From Ginglymostoma cirratum (lineage: Eukaryota), in assembly GCA_024137785.1 (NCBI GenBank), contig JAHRHZ010000267.1, positions 8,387,342 to 8,451,341 of the forward strand: a DNA stretch of 64,000 bases, written 5' to 3'. Shown one piece after another: positions 48,483 through 61,860 of the stretch (position 1 is its first letter; every line of letters starts with the position of its first letter). The notes under the pieces were generated by a model that did no database searches, had not been told where the DNA came from, and was given only the letters and a program-made list of their open reading frames with translations. Position numbers and translations under genes: made by a program.

Positions 48483-51400
48483 ACCCCTGAATATGTATGA
48501 GACTGGCATCGATGTGTATTTTAGGAAAAGAAAGGCATGGATGAGGCTAGTGACTAGTTGTTTCCCTCTTGGAGCTGTCAGTGTATTTAGTTATGAACAT
48601 TTTAAGGGATCTGAATTTGATACTTCAACCGGTAGCCTATGTTTTTTGGTCATACCTGGACGGAAAAGGAAAGAATCCATGGGTGGATATTATTGTCATG
48701 GAGCAGACGGTAGACAGTGTGTGATGTCCTGAGCAATCAGGGAATCTCAAGTTTGGGGTTGGGCTTCATTGGGCCAGGTCACCGAGGGAAAGATGGGAAT
48801 GTAAGGGGGATATTCAGGTAGAAGGCTAGGATCTCACAGAGTACAAGGAAAGGAGAGGAAGTCCCAGGCAGGATATTCTCAAATTCATAATGACTCTGGC
48901 CTGAACATGAAGAGAATGCATGGCCAGCAAGGCCATTATGAATCACAAACCATGGGGGCGCTGTGTAGGAGGAGGGTTTGTACGTTGGGCACGTTATCTC
49001 CGGTCTCTCAGTGTGGTGGTCTCCTGGGTATGTCAGCCTCCTGGTATAGCGGTCCTGCCCATGAGGGGCAGCCTCGGTCTGGAGTGGAGGTCTTGTCCCA
49101 ACGGGGTCTCATCGGCAGCTTCTGGGTTTTCCAATGGCCCAGCGTGGGGTTCTCCTCTCAGCCTGACAGGGCAGTCTCGGCCCGTCCTGCGTGGTGTTTT
49201 TGCCTGGTTTTCCTGTGTACCTCTAACCCAGGAGCCGTTAATTGAACTGTGATGAATTTTTACCTTTTTTTTTCTTATTATTCATGGCTTCTGTCATTAA
49301 TCTAGGTGCCGTGGTACAGCCACTTACAAAACATCTCACTATTTTTATTTGTAAAAATCCACATGACAATATATTTCTGTTCTATTCTATTCTGTGCTAA
49401 TCTCCATCAGGGAAGGAAATCTGCCATCTTCACCTAGTCTGGCCTATATGTGACTCCAGACCCACAACAATATGGTTGACTCTCAACTGCCCTCTGAAAT
49501 GACCAAGCAAACCATTCAGTTCAAAGTCAACGCAGGGACACGCATTAAATGCTGGCCAGCCAACGACTCTCACATCCCATAAGTTAATAATGAAGGCTTT
49601 CTGCTGCTTTTAACTCATACACTAGTGTGCAAGATCTATGCCTTAGAACTGAAGGCTGCATCATCATAAGACCTCCAAGCCTGTTCCTTTGTCAACCCAC
49701 CAGTACAGCAAAAGGAATTGTTGGAGAGAACTGGCAGCTCTGTGGAGCTGTGGAGAAAACAGAGTCAATGCTTTGACTTTTCTTCAGGCTTCTCCAGACC
49801 TTTCTCTCCGCAGATGCCGCCAGACCAAGTTGTCTAGCAATTCCTGCTTCTGTTTGTCTCAGACTGACTTCCCAGGAAAGAGACGAGAAACAAATGCAGA
49901 GAATGCTGGAGAAACCCACAGGTCGGGCAGCATCTATGGAAAGAGAAACAGAGTTAATATTTCGAGTCCAGTGACCCTTCCCCAGAACAGAGAAGCAACT
50001 CCTTTGTGATGTGTTGAAAATCCACCTGTTTGAGGGAATCCTACTGGAACTTTGATACATAACTTCGATTACCAAACAACTAAAGAACAATACAGCCCAG
50101 AAACAGGTCCTTCAGCCCTCCAAGCCTATCAAATATACCTACCGACGTTCCAAGAGTAGAAATGACCTTCTTCCTTGCCAGACCACTACTGAGATGCAGC
50201 AAGCACACGCCTCCATTATAATCTGTTGTCTGATTTGATCTATTATTGTCACATGTACCTAGGTACAGTGAAAGGTTTTGTTTTGCGTGCAATAGAGGCA
50301 GATCATACCATACAAAGTGCATCAGGGTGACAGAACAGAGCGAGGAATACTATGTTTTGGCTGCAGAGTAGATTCACAAAGAGCAAGATCGACATTAAAT
50401 TTAAATTTTTACTTGTGCCTGCACTATGGCTTTTAACTCCATGCTCCTCAAGTGAGAATCTGTATGTATGAGTGGTCAGTGAGGGAGTTAGGATTTTCAG
50501 GATAAATACGTGAATGAATAATCCCCTTTATTAAGTTAATGAAAAGTGTGCAAATTGATTGTACTCTCAGGGGTTCAGAAACATACACTCCTTCCTTTTC
50601 TAAAACTGGACTGATTGTAGACAACAAGAGTATAGCAGTTTTAATTGTCTTTTAGCTCTCTCAGCGGCAAGATGGGGGCGTCGGGGCTGTATTTGCAATC
50701 TGAGGCTATTGGAATAGCACGTTAAATGAAAAATTCGAAACAAAACAGGAAGAAGACGGAGAACTTGAAACAAAGCAGGTGACCTTAACAAAAAATTCCA
50801 CCTTTCCAATGCAGGGTCAGCTCATGGGACAGTGTTAATGCAATTTGTTCTATAGTGCCTGCTGAGAACTCTTCAAACCAACAGCAAATGAAAGATGCTA
50901 CACTGAGTGCTAATGAGTTAGTGCCGGAAGAATGCCACCAGAGGTTGAGGAACTCTTGCAGAAAGGGAACTCAAACGTTACTCAAATTTCAAAGAATTAA
51001 GCAGTTTGTGTGCAACCAGCAGGTGTAAATGCTCAAAATTGCACACACTTTGGAAGGATTAAGAGACATAATCATGTTAGGAAAAAGTTGGCTCTTCTTA
51101 AAAGTCATGTAGAGGAACAAAGAGTTTCCAAAGCCAGGGAAGCCTCCATATAGCAGATGAATGTGAAATTGTCTACAAATCTGCAATTCAAAACAATTTT
51201 GGACCTGGCTACTGTTATGTGCAGATGAGAGAAAAGGTGGATTTCAATGGAGCAAAATGAGGCTAAGAGAAAGGGAGGGTAGGAAAGGGAAAAAAACATA
51301 GATCAGCTCCCAAACCTTCCCAAAGGAACCTGAAAGATAACCTGGTAGGGGAAGACCCAGTGCTTTATCAGAATGGGAAGTCAGGACACTCTGGAAACTT

Positions 51401-54400
51401 AACTTGGTTATCGGACTCTTCCAATGTGTCAAATATGTGTAAGATTAGTCTTGTAAGAGTGAGAAATGACTTTGGTTTGTTTGTTGGATAGAGTAAAACT
51501 CCATTGTTTCTGTTTCTTCATATGCTACTGCATAGAAAAGAACTGCTTAAGTGACTATGTATGAATATAAAGATATTTTTATGAATAAAGTATACTTTTG
51601 AATTAAAAATAAGTTGGCATTATCAATGTTGATCAGCAGGAGGCTCAGTGGTCAAACCCATGTGGCCATGAAAGTGCTAAATTTGTGTTTAAATGTTACA
51701 GCAACCAATTCAGGTTTAATCAGAGCTATTTTGTTTAAGGGGAAACTGACCCCAAACTTGTCCAAAAACCAGAAAAAGAAATCAGCTTTGTCAAAGATAC
51801 TGACAAACTTAGTTCCTGGCTGGAGATGAAGAGATTCCACTCGAAAGCAGAGTAGAGGCCTGGTTAAGGAAATCTTTGTCGAATGTGTAGTGGTTCCTTT
51901 AGTAAAAATGTGCCTGTTTTAGAATTCATTCATGGGTTGTGAGCATTACTGGCCAGACCAGCATTTATTGCTAACCTCTAATTGCCTAGAGGATAATTAA
52001 GAGTCAACCATATTGTTGTAGGTCTGGAGTCATATATCGGTCAAACTGGGTAAGAATGACAGATTTTGTTCCCTAAAAGGCCTTGGTGAACCAGAAGGGC
52101 TTTTCATGACAACCAGCAACAATTTCTTCATCAGAAGACAGTCCAGATTTTTAATTGGACTCAAATTCCACCCTGTCCTACAATGGGATTGGAACCTGAG
52201 TCCCCAGAATGTTACCTCTGCATCACCAGTCTAGTGATGATACCACCAAGCCACTGTCTCCTCCCAGAGTCAAAGCAAGTTACAGGGAGATTTGTGTACT
52301 TCGTCAGCCCACTAAGCTCAGCTCCAATTTGATTTTCAGACATGGCCATTTGCTTGAAACACTCACAGCGCATTTGCTGTGGAAGCTGCTGGCACATACC
52401 ATAGGTCTGACATTGACATAGTACGGAGCTGAGCAACAACATGTCAGTCCCCTTGACTGTTTGGTGCTCCCCTCCATGCTATGCTGCTTGTCTCTTCTTT
52501 GGTGCTAACATGTATCACCAGCCAAAGAGGCAGACACTAACTGGGTGCTAACGACTCTGCATGGTCAGGAAGTGATGTGACCCACACAGATGCTGGCAGT
52601 CTCCAAGTAAGCACAAAAAGCGTGAGTGTTAATAAAATGAGACACAAGATGCATCCAGTGCGGATGCATGAGATGAATATGTGCTCCTGTGCAGAAGGTG
52701 AGCTGGCAGAACCGCACAGCTGTATGCACCACTGAGCTCCAAGGTAAAGCATTACGGAGCTGAAGTGCGTTGGGCAGAGAGCGGGTATAATAATGTGGTA
52801 AAGTGGGTGGTTTGGCAGTGCTGACTGGCGTGGACAAAATTGAGGGGATTAGTGCCCATGGTGTATGCAAGTATGTTATTGTGAAGAAATAGGTACACAA
52901 TGTGTGGACAAACATTCAGTGAGCTGCCTGGTAACCGTTCTGGTTTCTATATAGAGAGAATGTACATCATTCAGTTTTGTGGCAAAAGTGGAGGAGAATT
53001 GTAAGTGGTGTATAAATATGGTGAATTGAGGCTTTAATGAGATCCAAATACATTGGGAATAAGGTGATTTTTATTCAATGGTGTGATTCTGAATTCACCA
53101 TTTAAGGCTTGAGGGAAAATTAAATCAAGAATCAGGTTTTTTTTCATCTACACCACCTTTTCTCACCTTTCTTACAATTACTCACACAAGGAGGAGGGAA
53201 TTTCACTCTGTGTCTCTTTTTGAGCCTCCTACAGTTCTCTTGTTCTTTGCCTCAAGCCAGGATCCATTGTTACTTGCTTTCTTTAGGAAATGCAACAAAA
53301 AAGCCCCTGTGGCTCTGCTTGGGAATCCAATGGATTAATAGGCTCAGTCAGAACTGTCAAGCAACAGTGGAAGTTAATTATGTCCAGTACATATAAGGTT
53401 ATGTGCAACAATATAAAAATCTGTGTGAGGATTTTTCTGAAAGGATCTGTCAGCATAAAGGATTAACTTCGCTGCAGGACGTTATGTGGGAAATAAAATA
53501 TTATTAGATGCAAGCAGTTGTGAAACCTTCCATAATTTTTAAAACGCTTCGCAATGAAAAAGAACCAAACTCAGGATGTAAACTGGTCTTTTTATCAACT
53601 TTAAATCCTGAGGAATTGAAACAACCTAAAAAGAATATGTAATTTTTTGTATGATCAACTTTTAAGAAAAACATTTCATGCTCTCAACAAGGTGAACAGT
53701 CTCAATTAAATAAACAATTGTTTCAAAACCTTTTTGCAATTTTATAAATGCATTCTTCTTCAGAATTAACTTTCTTTCTTGTATAACCAGGATAATTAAT
53801 TAGTCAGGTTAAATTTTCAATTCACATAAGTCAATACTTAAGATTTGAAATTGCCAAACTGTATGTACATGTGAGCCTTTTCTTTTATTCAGAATTAAAG
53901 ACATTGACACACAAACTTCAATATTATAACTAAAGTTTTCATTGTGACCAGCAGAGAAACTTCTACCTTTACCAGTTAATTGGTTAGTTATACTGAAAAC
54001 CCCCAATTTAATTCTAAATTTATACGTATTCCAAATTAGAAAAAACCTTCAACAGCAAGAGTGTTTTGAATAGTTTCAGTTGTGTTTCTGCCAGATATTT
54101 CAGGGTTTCAGATTAAAGTTTAAAAGGGCAATACTAGCTGTAAGCAAAATGTGTTGGTAATGCAGTTCTTACATTTTAAATTGACTCAACCATCACATTT
54201 ATACTGTTTCAAATGAAGGATTACACATTCACATAGGTACATAAATGCTTTAGACAAGCTTCCGCTTTGAATATTAAGAACCAGGTGACAAAGTGTTAGA
54301 GAACTTAATTTCTATATGTGTACACAGATACCAACAAGCATCCTTAGAGCAGTTCTAAATTTTCTCTCTTGTCATTTTCTCTCAAGATCTTTTTTCTTCA

Positions 54401-55339
54401 CTTAAATTACTTTAAATATAAGTATGAAAATTGAGATCAAAAGTAAGAAGGTACTTGAATACAGGCAGAAAAGAGTTAACAAATTAGTTTTACAAAAGGA
54501 AAAAGCTTGGTACAAAAAACAGAGAAAAGGATTCTCTCCATGTGCTCCTTGGAGAAACAACAGAAGTGCCAGAGCGTGGATTGGATTTCTCTGGCCCCAA
54601 GCATCTTTGCTTAAGAAAACCCTTATAGATAAGTCAACATGGTTTGTTGCTCTTTTCGGGACCCAAGCTATTCTAAAATGATGCAGTACATGTCTTGGTA
54701 TGGGCTATAATTTTATCTTCTTTTTAACATCGTTTATTGAATGCATTTTATCTAACCTTTCATGCCTGCCAGTTTTGAGAATTTATGGATGTGTTTCCAA
54801 CTGGAGTCAGACTAATTTCAGACATTTGTTATTGACTCTTTCTGGTTTGAACAAAGAAAAAATACCAGAAAGTTTCAGCTACTAAATTCAAAAATGTTGA
54901 CTTCATGAGAAAGATGAATTTGTACGGGGTTATAATACTGAATCGGTTAAATGAAAGTGATTTACAGCTCATGCAGCTATACAAGTGAAACGTGGTTTTA
55001 ATCCATGTAATATCTGCCAGTGATTAATATCACTTATCTTCTTACTGCACTAAACTAATTTCACAGCAGAAATTAAGCCAAACTGCTCAACACATATAGC
55101 TGACATGTTTGGCATTCCCTTGCACTTGCAACATCATTCTCTCACCTTGTTTGCTGTTTAATTACCAGGTCATACAGTTTTCCTGTCCCAAGCTACATAG
55201 CATCTAAACACCCTCTAAATACAGCTAGCCATGTCTCCAATGCCGACTGGAGACCCGCTCTTGAAGTTGTCTAGTAAGGGAATATCCATTCACTGAGCAA
55301 CTGGACAAATGCAAACATAAATATGAGCTTTTCTTTACA

Positions 55340-56430
55340 GAAATGTAAGGAACAGAAATGAAGGAATACCACCCACCCATGTGCATGGCAGATACTCATG
55401 TGACTTGGCCAACACTCATACGCTGTCGGCAAAGATGCCCCAAGATATGGTGTACTGGTGAAACCATGCAGATACTACGACAACAGATGAATGGACATGG
55501 TGCAACAATCGCAAGACAGGAATGTTTCCTTCCAGTGAGGGAACACTTCAGCAGTCAAGGACAGTTGACCTCGGATCTTCGGGTAAACATCCTCCAAGGT
55601 GGCCTTCGGGGTACACAACAATGCAGAGTTGCCGAGCAGAGACTGGTCGCCAAGTTCGGTACCCATGAGGACAGCCTGATCCAGGATCTTCGGTTCATGT
55701 CGCACTATAGGTGACCCCACCACAGTATACACTCTCTCACACACACATACACACATACTCACACAGACCTTCTTTCATACACACACTCTCACGCACACAC
55801 TCACACACTCTCTCTTACAGACACACACACACACACTCCCTCACACACAGACGCGCGCACACACACGCACACACTCACATACACACACATACACACACAC
55901 ACACGTGCAGCACATATAAATCTATGAGGTGAATTTGCATTTACAGATTTGTAATTGCAGATACATTCTATTTTGTTCAAAAAGCACACAATTTGTAGAC
56001 AGTCAATGTGGCATTTTATAAATTCCTACTTTGGAAATAAAACCAGCCTGACTCGGAGTTAATATACAGCAAGATTCTAAACAAGACATCTAAAATACAT
56101 TGTCTGACCTGAGATGTCGCCTCTGGTATACAGATAAAACTTTTAGTTATCTCAGAGCACTGGCATGACAGAAATTCTGTGATGCATGTTAATCCTTTCT
56201 AACTGATTAAAGATTTAACAGCCATCTTAGGTTTGTTCAATACTTTTGCATCAGTTCTGTGACCCTTTGATCTTTTGCTTATAAATTCTGTGTCTGATGC
56301 CACTTCTTTCACTGAAACCTGTTGAAGGAGTAAGATTCTGAAAGCTTGTGTCTTCAAATAAACCTGTTGGGCTGCAACCTGGTGTTGTGTGATTTTTGAC
56401 CTTGTCCACCCCAGTCCAACACTGGCATCT
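55340..56430 (+). mobile_element. Penelope-like element 3' part: GIY-YIG endonuclease remnant, (CA)-rich tract and pLTR
   Basis: LIRCRQRCPKIWCTGETMQILRQQMNGH...PVREHF...RVAEQRLVAKF matches the PLE GIY-YIG pattern; degenerate hammerhead at about 56320-56346. Confidence 0.8.
55722..55905. repeat. Compound (CA)n microsatellite
   Basis: Direct inspection. Confidence 0.9.
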
Positions 56431-56639
56431 CCACATCAGAACAGGAAACGAAGGCATTAGAAGCTGAACACCACCCTCACAGTGCCAATCAGATTTCAAC
56501 ATCATGACCAAAATTATGTTACAGTCAACCATTGTCACTGCACCCAGTTCTGTCTGATTGGAACCTGGTGTCAATGAGGTTCTGTCTGGTTTGTAGTGTC
56601 CATTGCATCTGGGATCTGTCATGAGCAACATTAACTTCT

Positions 56640-57200
56640 TCTAACACAATGCCCTTATCCTCTTCCTTGGAATACAGATCCTATTTCCCAAGCTCTCCTG
56701 CTTCCAATGCCTCAGCTGGTTGCCTGCTTCAACAGTGCTGGGTACAGCATGCCATGATGATGTCTTACATACTATCCAGACTATACTGGAGGTCATCCAA
56801 GATCGTTCCGAAGAATGAAACCATGTCTTCAAATGCCCCATACTCTTCTCCACCATGGTGTGTGTTGAGAGTATGGTTGGCATTACATCAGTGCTTCACA
56901 TCAATCAGGCGCTTGTGCAATGGTACCATGAGCCATGGCCAGAATTGTGCCCCAGTAACCAGCCTTGCACAGCTCCTGGGCTCTCATGTGTACCAGGTAC
57001 ATAAGAATGCTCCAGGATGCAGGAATCATGGCAGTGGCACACACTTCCAGGAACTAGTCACAGTGATCACAGAAGACCTGAACATTAACGGAATGGAACC
57101 CCTTCCTGTTGATGAGTTCCACAGCATTGTGATACAGTGCCACGTGTGTGCATGTGATGGCACCATATACCTAAGGGAACCTAAATCTGTTTTTGAATTC
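56640..57200 (-). mobile_element. Degenerate PIF/Harbinger transposase remnant
   Basis: Minus-strand INRKG/FHSVNVQV, STHTMVEKSMGHLKTWF, LQYS...IIMACCTQH. Confidence 0.72.
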
Positions 57201-57589
57201 TACTTCCCTGACACAGTGCTGACTTTGTCTTGGGAATCAAAACAAATCTGTGAGACATTACCATAGTATGTATATGGCATGTTAAGTTCAGTTTCTCGTC
57301 AATAGTAACCCCAGGATGTTGAATTCAACGATAGTATTCTCATTGATTCTCAAAGGCGATGGTTGGGCTATTTCTTGTTGGAGATGGTCATTGCCTGGAA
57401 CTTGTGTAATGAGACTGTCATTTATGTGTGCACTCCGAATCAAGCATGGTATCAGTGCAACAGATAAAAACAATGTTGGATCAGAATGTAGACTCAGTTT
57501 GGATGCAGATGAGGAATATTAGGGGAAATAAATCCCTAGTGGAAGTGACTTACAGACCCTAAATATCGATCCAGATATAGAGAGGAGCA

Positions 57590-58950
57590 GACATGAAAAA
57601 ATACAGTGTATTTGTGACAATAGAATGGCAATAATGAAAGTTTTTGTCAACATTTAACTGGAAATCTGATAAGTAGTAATAACTTTAATGAAGAGTCAAA
57701 TGCTTTCAAAATAACTTCTTAGGGCAACACATTCTGGAACCAACCAGAGTGCAGGCTTTAAAGACTTAGTATTCAGCAATCTCACAGGGTGGAATACTAG
57801 CCTCAGACGTACATCATCTCCAGGTAGCAGCAACCACAATATGATTTCAATTTTATATCAGGTTTTTAAGGGAGAATAATCACGCTAAACATACTATTTC
57901 AAAGTTAAGCAAAGAAAGACAAACACGTGCAATTGAAAACAGACCTAGCTGAAGTGAGCTGGGATATTGGGATAAGAGTTACATCAGTAAAGAAACAGTG
58001 GGAGCTATTTCAGAACACATGGAAAAAGAATTTTCATAATGTAAAGGAAATTTCCAAATGGTGGACTCACCATCTATAGTTAACTTAAGAAAGATATTAA
58101 GGAAATCATCAAAATTAAGAAAAAGTATATAATTCTGCAAAGATAAGCGGCTGATCTGAGTCCAGGGAAAGGTAGAGAGTGACAAAAAGATTATTCAGGT
58201 TAAATAAATTAAAATATGAGAGGAAGCGAGCTAGAAATGTAAAACAGATAACTAGAACTTCTATATGTATCTACATTGGAAAAGAATAAGCAAGTGAGTG
58301 TTGATCCTCAAGATGGTGAAATTGGCGAGTTAGTAAATAAAATATAAATGGCAGAAGTATAGATATTTTGTTTCTGTCTTCATTATACCGGATACGAAAC
58401 GCATCTCAGCAATATCACTATATCAGGAAGTTGAAGGGAAATAGAAATACAGTGCGATCATAATCACTAAGGAAGCAGTATTGACCAAACTGATGGAGCT
58501 ATGGACTGACAAGTCCATGGCGTCTTGATAGAATTCATTCTAGATTCTTAAAAGAGAATGTGATGAGGTAGTAGGAGAGTTAGTGCTAACTTCCCAAAAT
58601 GCATTAGAATTTGGAGAGCGTCCTTCAGACCAAGAGTAACAAATATAACTCTTCTAAGAAGGAAAGGAGGCAAAAAAAACAGGAAAATATAGGCAGTTAG
58701 CTTGGCATCTGTCTTGAAGTCTTAGAACCAATCATTAAGAGAGTTATAATTGGGCACTTGGAAAAGCTCAAGGTAATTAGGAACTGTCACCATATTTTAT
58801 GAAAGGAAAATTGTGTGTAAGCAATTTATTGGAAATCTTTGAATAATTAACATGTACTTTAGATAAAGTGCAACCCATTGATGTCCTGTACTTGGTTTTG
58901 CAGAAGGTATTGGACAAAAGTCCTCATATAAGATTATTATGCAAAGTAAT
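57590..58950 (+). mobile_element. Old CR1 LINE ORF2 relic
   Basis: Degenerate HIFMKGKLCVSNLLEIFE, DVLYLVLQKVLDKSPHIRLL. Confidence 0.7.
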
Positions 58951-58954
58951 AATT

Positions 58955-59690
58955 AGCTGACTGGGAGAGTAAGTCAAAAGAATGGGCAGAGAATTTGAAA
59001 AGATTAGTCCTCCGCCCAATACAGAAGGTTGAGATTTTTAGGGACTATTTTATACTCAGGTTGCATTATCATTCGGTTTTAGCAGAGGCACCCCAGAATA
59101 TTTTACATATCTTGGACTCTTTCATTTGAGATTTTATTAAGGAAATTTTACACTTACCCATTTATACATTGGATAGGATTTTAAACGCTCGCAATAGAGA
59201 TGGTGGATTGGGCATTTTGCGGTTTGAAGTGCAAAAGCTTGTGGTACTGGAACAATCTGAAGATAAGATCATCCAGCCATCATTCCAGTTTAGTAAGGAC
59301 AGTCATGTGGGTATAATAATGGAGCTGATGAAATTAAAGGTGATGTGAGAGATTTTGGTCCCCTGCATATGTTGGTGTGTATCTTGATGAGGAGATGGAT
59401 ATTGAATAGAGAAGAGATTTGGTGAGGATGCTGAACTCAAATTATAAAAATTAGTGGGGGACAGAGTGGCTGAAATGGATGTCCTTACAGTGCCAAGGAT
59501 GAGATGTAAAGTGTTTTAAGAATGATAAGATATCGAATGCGTGGGTCAAAACAGCAAACACTATGAAGGCATTGAAATTGATTAACACATTGCGATCGCA
59601 ATTCAAGTTGTATCTGACCCAGGACAACATTGACCCATGGGGGATCTCTCTTTAGCAAGATGTGCTGGAGGTTTGAAGCTTCATTGTGTA
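58955..59690 (+). mobile_element. R2-clade non-LTR retrotransposon fragment (RT thumb/linker)
   Basis: EWAENLKRLVLRPIQKVEIFRDYFILRL...LDSFI*DFIKEILHLP...RNRDGGLGILRFE and EWLKWMSLQCQG*DVKCFKNDKISNAW...LINTLRSQFKLYLT. Confidence 0.78.
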
Positions 59691-59848
59691 ACAAGTCAGC
59701 ATCACGGTGAAGCAGACGGGGAGGAGTGTGCAGCAGGTCAGTGTGACTGTGAATTAGACTGGGAGGAGTGTGTGTCAGGTCAGTATTGCTGTGAAGCAGA
59801 CTGGGAGTTGAGTATAACAAGTTAGCATCACTAAGAAGCAGACGGCGA
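59686..59848. repeat. About 42-bp minisatellite, roughly 4 degenerate units
   Basis: Unit like tgtaacaagtcagcatcacggtgaagcagacggggaggagtg. Confidence 0.7.
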
Positions 59849-59939
59849 AAACGGATCTGAATGAGAAGGAATGGCAGTGATGGTGAGACAAGTATTGGGA
59901 TCCAGAATTTAACTTTGGAGGTGCTTTCCTCCCTTATTC

Positions 59940-60352
59940 AACAGCTGGGGCTGCTTTACCTGGAGCGTGAGAGGCTGAGGGGTGACCTTATAGAGGTTTA
60001 TAAAATCATTGGGCGCATCGATAGGGCGACTAGACAAGTTCTTTTCCCCAGTGTATGGAAATCCAAACCTCGATGGCATAGGTTTAAGGTGAGAGGGGAA
60101 AGTATTAAAAGAACCTAAGGGGCAACTTTTTCACGCAGAGGGTGGTGCGTGTATGGGACGAGCTGCCAGAAGAAAGTGGTGGAGTTTGGTACAATTATAA
60201 CATTTAAAAGGCATTTGGATTGGTACATGAATAGGAAGGGTTTAGAGGGATATGGGCCAAATACTGGTAAATGGGACTGGTTAATTTAGGATGTCTGGTC
60301 GGCATGGTCGAATTGGACTAAAGAATCTGTTTCCATGCGGTACAACTCTATA
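59940..60352 (+). mobile_element. CR1/HER1 LINE 3' fragment
   Basis: LGLLYLERERLRGDLIEVYKII...HRFKVRGE. Confidence 0.85.
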
Positions 60353-60831
60353 ATTCAGTGACCCTGAGTGTGAGGTTCTTGCTATGCATGTGGACAAAAG
60401 CACAGAGTGCAAGTTGAATGAGCAAACGGACCAAATCACTGTGGTACAAAGCACCATTCAAGTGGGGTAAGGGGCAGAGAGATAGAAAATAGAAATGTAA
60501 GACTAACATAGGACAGTTAGGGGAATTAATATTGCTCTCTGCAGCAAAGACAGAGTCCCAAAGGCTGTGTTGTCTACCTGGTTTGAAAATCAAGGACTTC
60601 TCCTCCGGGCTGAAGAGGAACTTGTAGAAGGAGGAGAAGAATCCAAGTGCTGTGGTCCTTGTAGGTACCAATGACAGAGGCAGGACTAGGAAGGAGGTTC
60701 TGCTGAGTGATTAGAAGCAACTCAGTGCTGAATTAAAAATGCAGGACCATAAGGATAAGAATTTCAGAATTTCAGAATTACTACCTGAGTGCAAATTTGC
60801 GTAAGGAAAATCAGATTAGCAAAGTAAATGT

Positions 60832-61057
60832 AAACTGAAAGAACTGCTGATGCTGTGAATCAGGAACAAAAACAAAGTTGCTGGAAAAGCTCAGCAGGTC
60901 TGGCAGCATCTGTGGAGGAGAAAACAGAGTTAACATTTCAGGTCCGGTGACCCTTCCAGTTCTGAGGAAGGGTCACCGGACCCGAAACGTTAACTCTGTT
61001 TTCTTCTTCACAGATGCTGCCAGACCTGCTGAGCTTTTCCAGCAACCTTTGCTTTTG
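60832..61057. mobile_element. Palindromic Penelope-like insertion with a 15-bp TSD
   Basis: Arms 60877-60957 and 60966-61046; flanking direct repeat tagcaaagtaaatgt at 60817-60831 and 61058-61072. Confidence 0.85.
60958..60995 (+). ncRNA. Minimal hammerhead ribozyme motif in a Penelope-like repeat
   Basis: AGUU-CUGAGGA-A-GGGUC(ACCG)GACCC-GAAACGUU-AACU; stems I and II pair perfectly. Confidence 0.62.
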
Positions 61058-61544
61058 TAGCAAAGTAAATGTGTTGCTCAAAAATTTGAATGAAAGAGGT
61101 GGGTACCAACTTTTGGGCATTAGCAACAGTACTGGCGAAAGAGAGAGCTGTTCTGTTGCAATGGGCTTTGATTTAAACAAACTCACATCAACGTCTTGTA
61201 AATCAAATGTCTCAGGCTAAACATTTAAAGTGACAGTAGGTAGATTTTAGTAATAGTAAAAAGCTGATGACAATGGGGAGCTGAGGAATGGTCACAACCC
61301 GAAACATTAACTCTGATTTCTCTCCACAGAAGCTACTAGACCTGCTCGGTTTTTCCAGCAATTTTTGCCTTTTTTACATAATCATACATTGGCTTTATTA
61401 ATTAGGTGTTGGAATGTTGCTGGTGTAACTGGGGTAGAGGGTCTCAGTGTAACTGGAACGGATAATCCCAGTTTAGCTGGAGCAGAGGGTCTCAGTGTAA
61501 CCAAAATGTCCATGCAACTGGAACGGATCATCAAGACTCATAAA

Positions 61545-61860
61545 ATCATAGAATCCCTACAGTGTGGAAACAGGCCCTTCGGCCCAACAAGTCCATACCA
61601 ACCCTCAGAGCATCCCACCCAGACCCATCCCCCTGTCACCCACCTAATCTACACATCTACACTACGGGCAATTTAGCATGGCCAATCCACCTAGTCTGCA
61701 CATCTTTGGACTGTGGGAGGAAACCGGAGCACCCGAAGAAAACCCACACAGACACAGGGAGAACGTGCAAACTCCACACATACAGTCACCAGAGGGTGGA
61801 ATTAAACCCGGGTCCCTGATGCTGTGAGGCAGCAGTGCTAAGCACTGAGCCACCATGCCA
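61545..61860 (-). mobile_element. HE1-type SINE, full length
   Basis: Near copy of 15318-15636. Confidence 0.88.

Noticed and set aside
53400-54900. AT-rich region that might be an ancient LINE or the copy B promoter
   Set aside because: I could not recover a convincing motif or ORF by eye.
56649-57266. 205-aa + strand ORF
   Set aside because: Antisense of a decayed Harbinger transposase.
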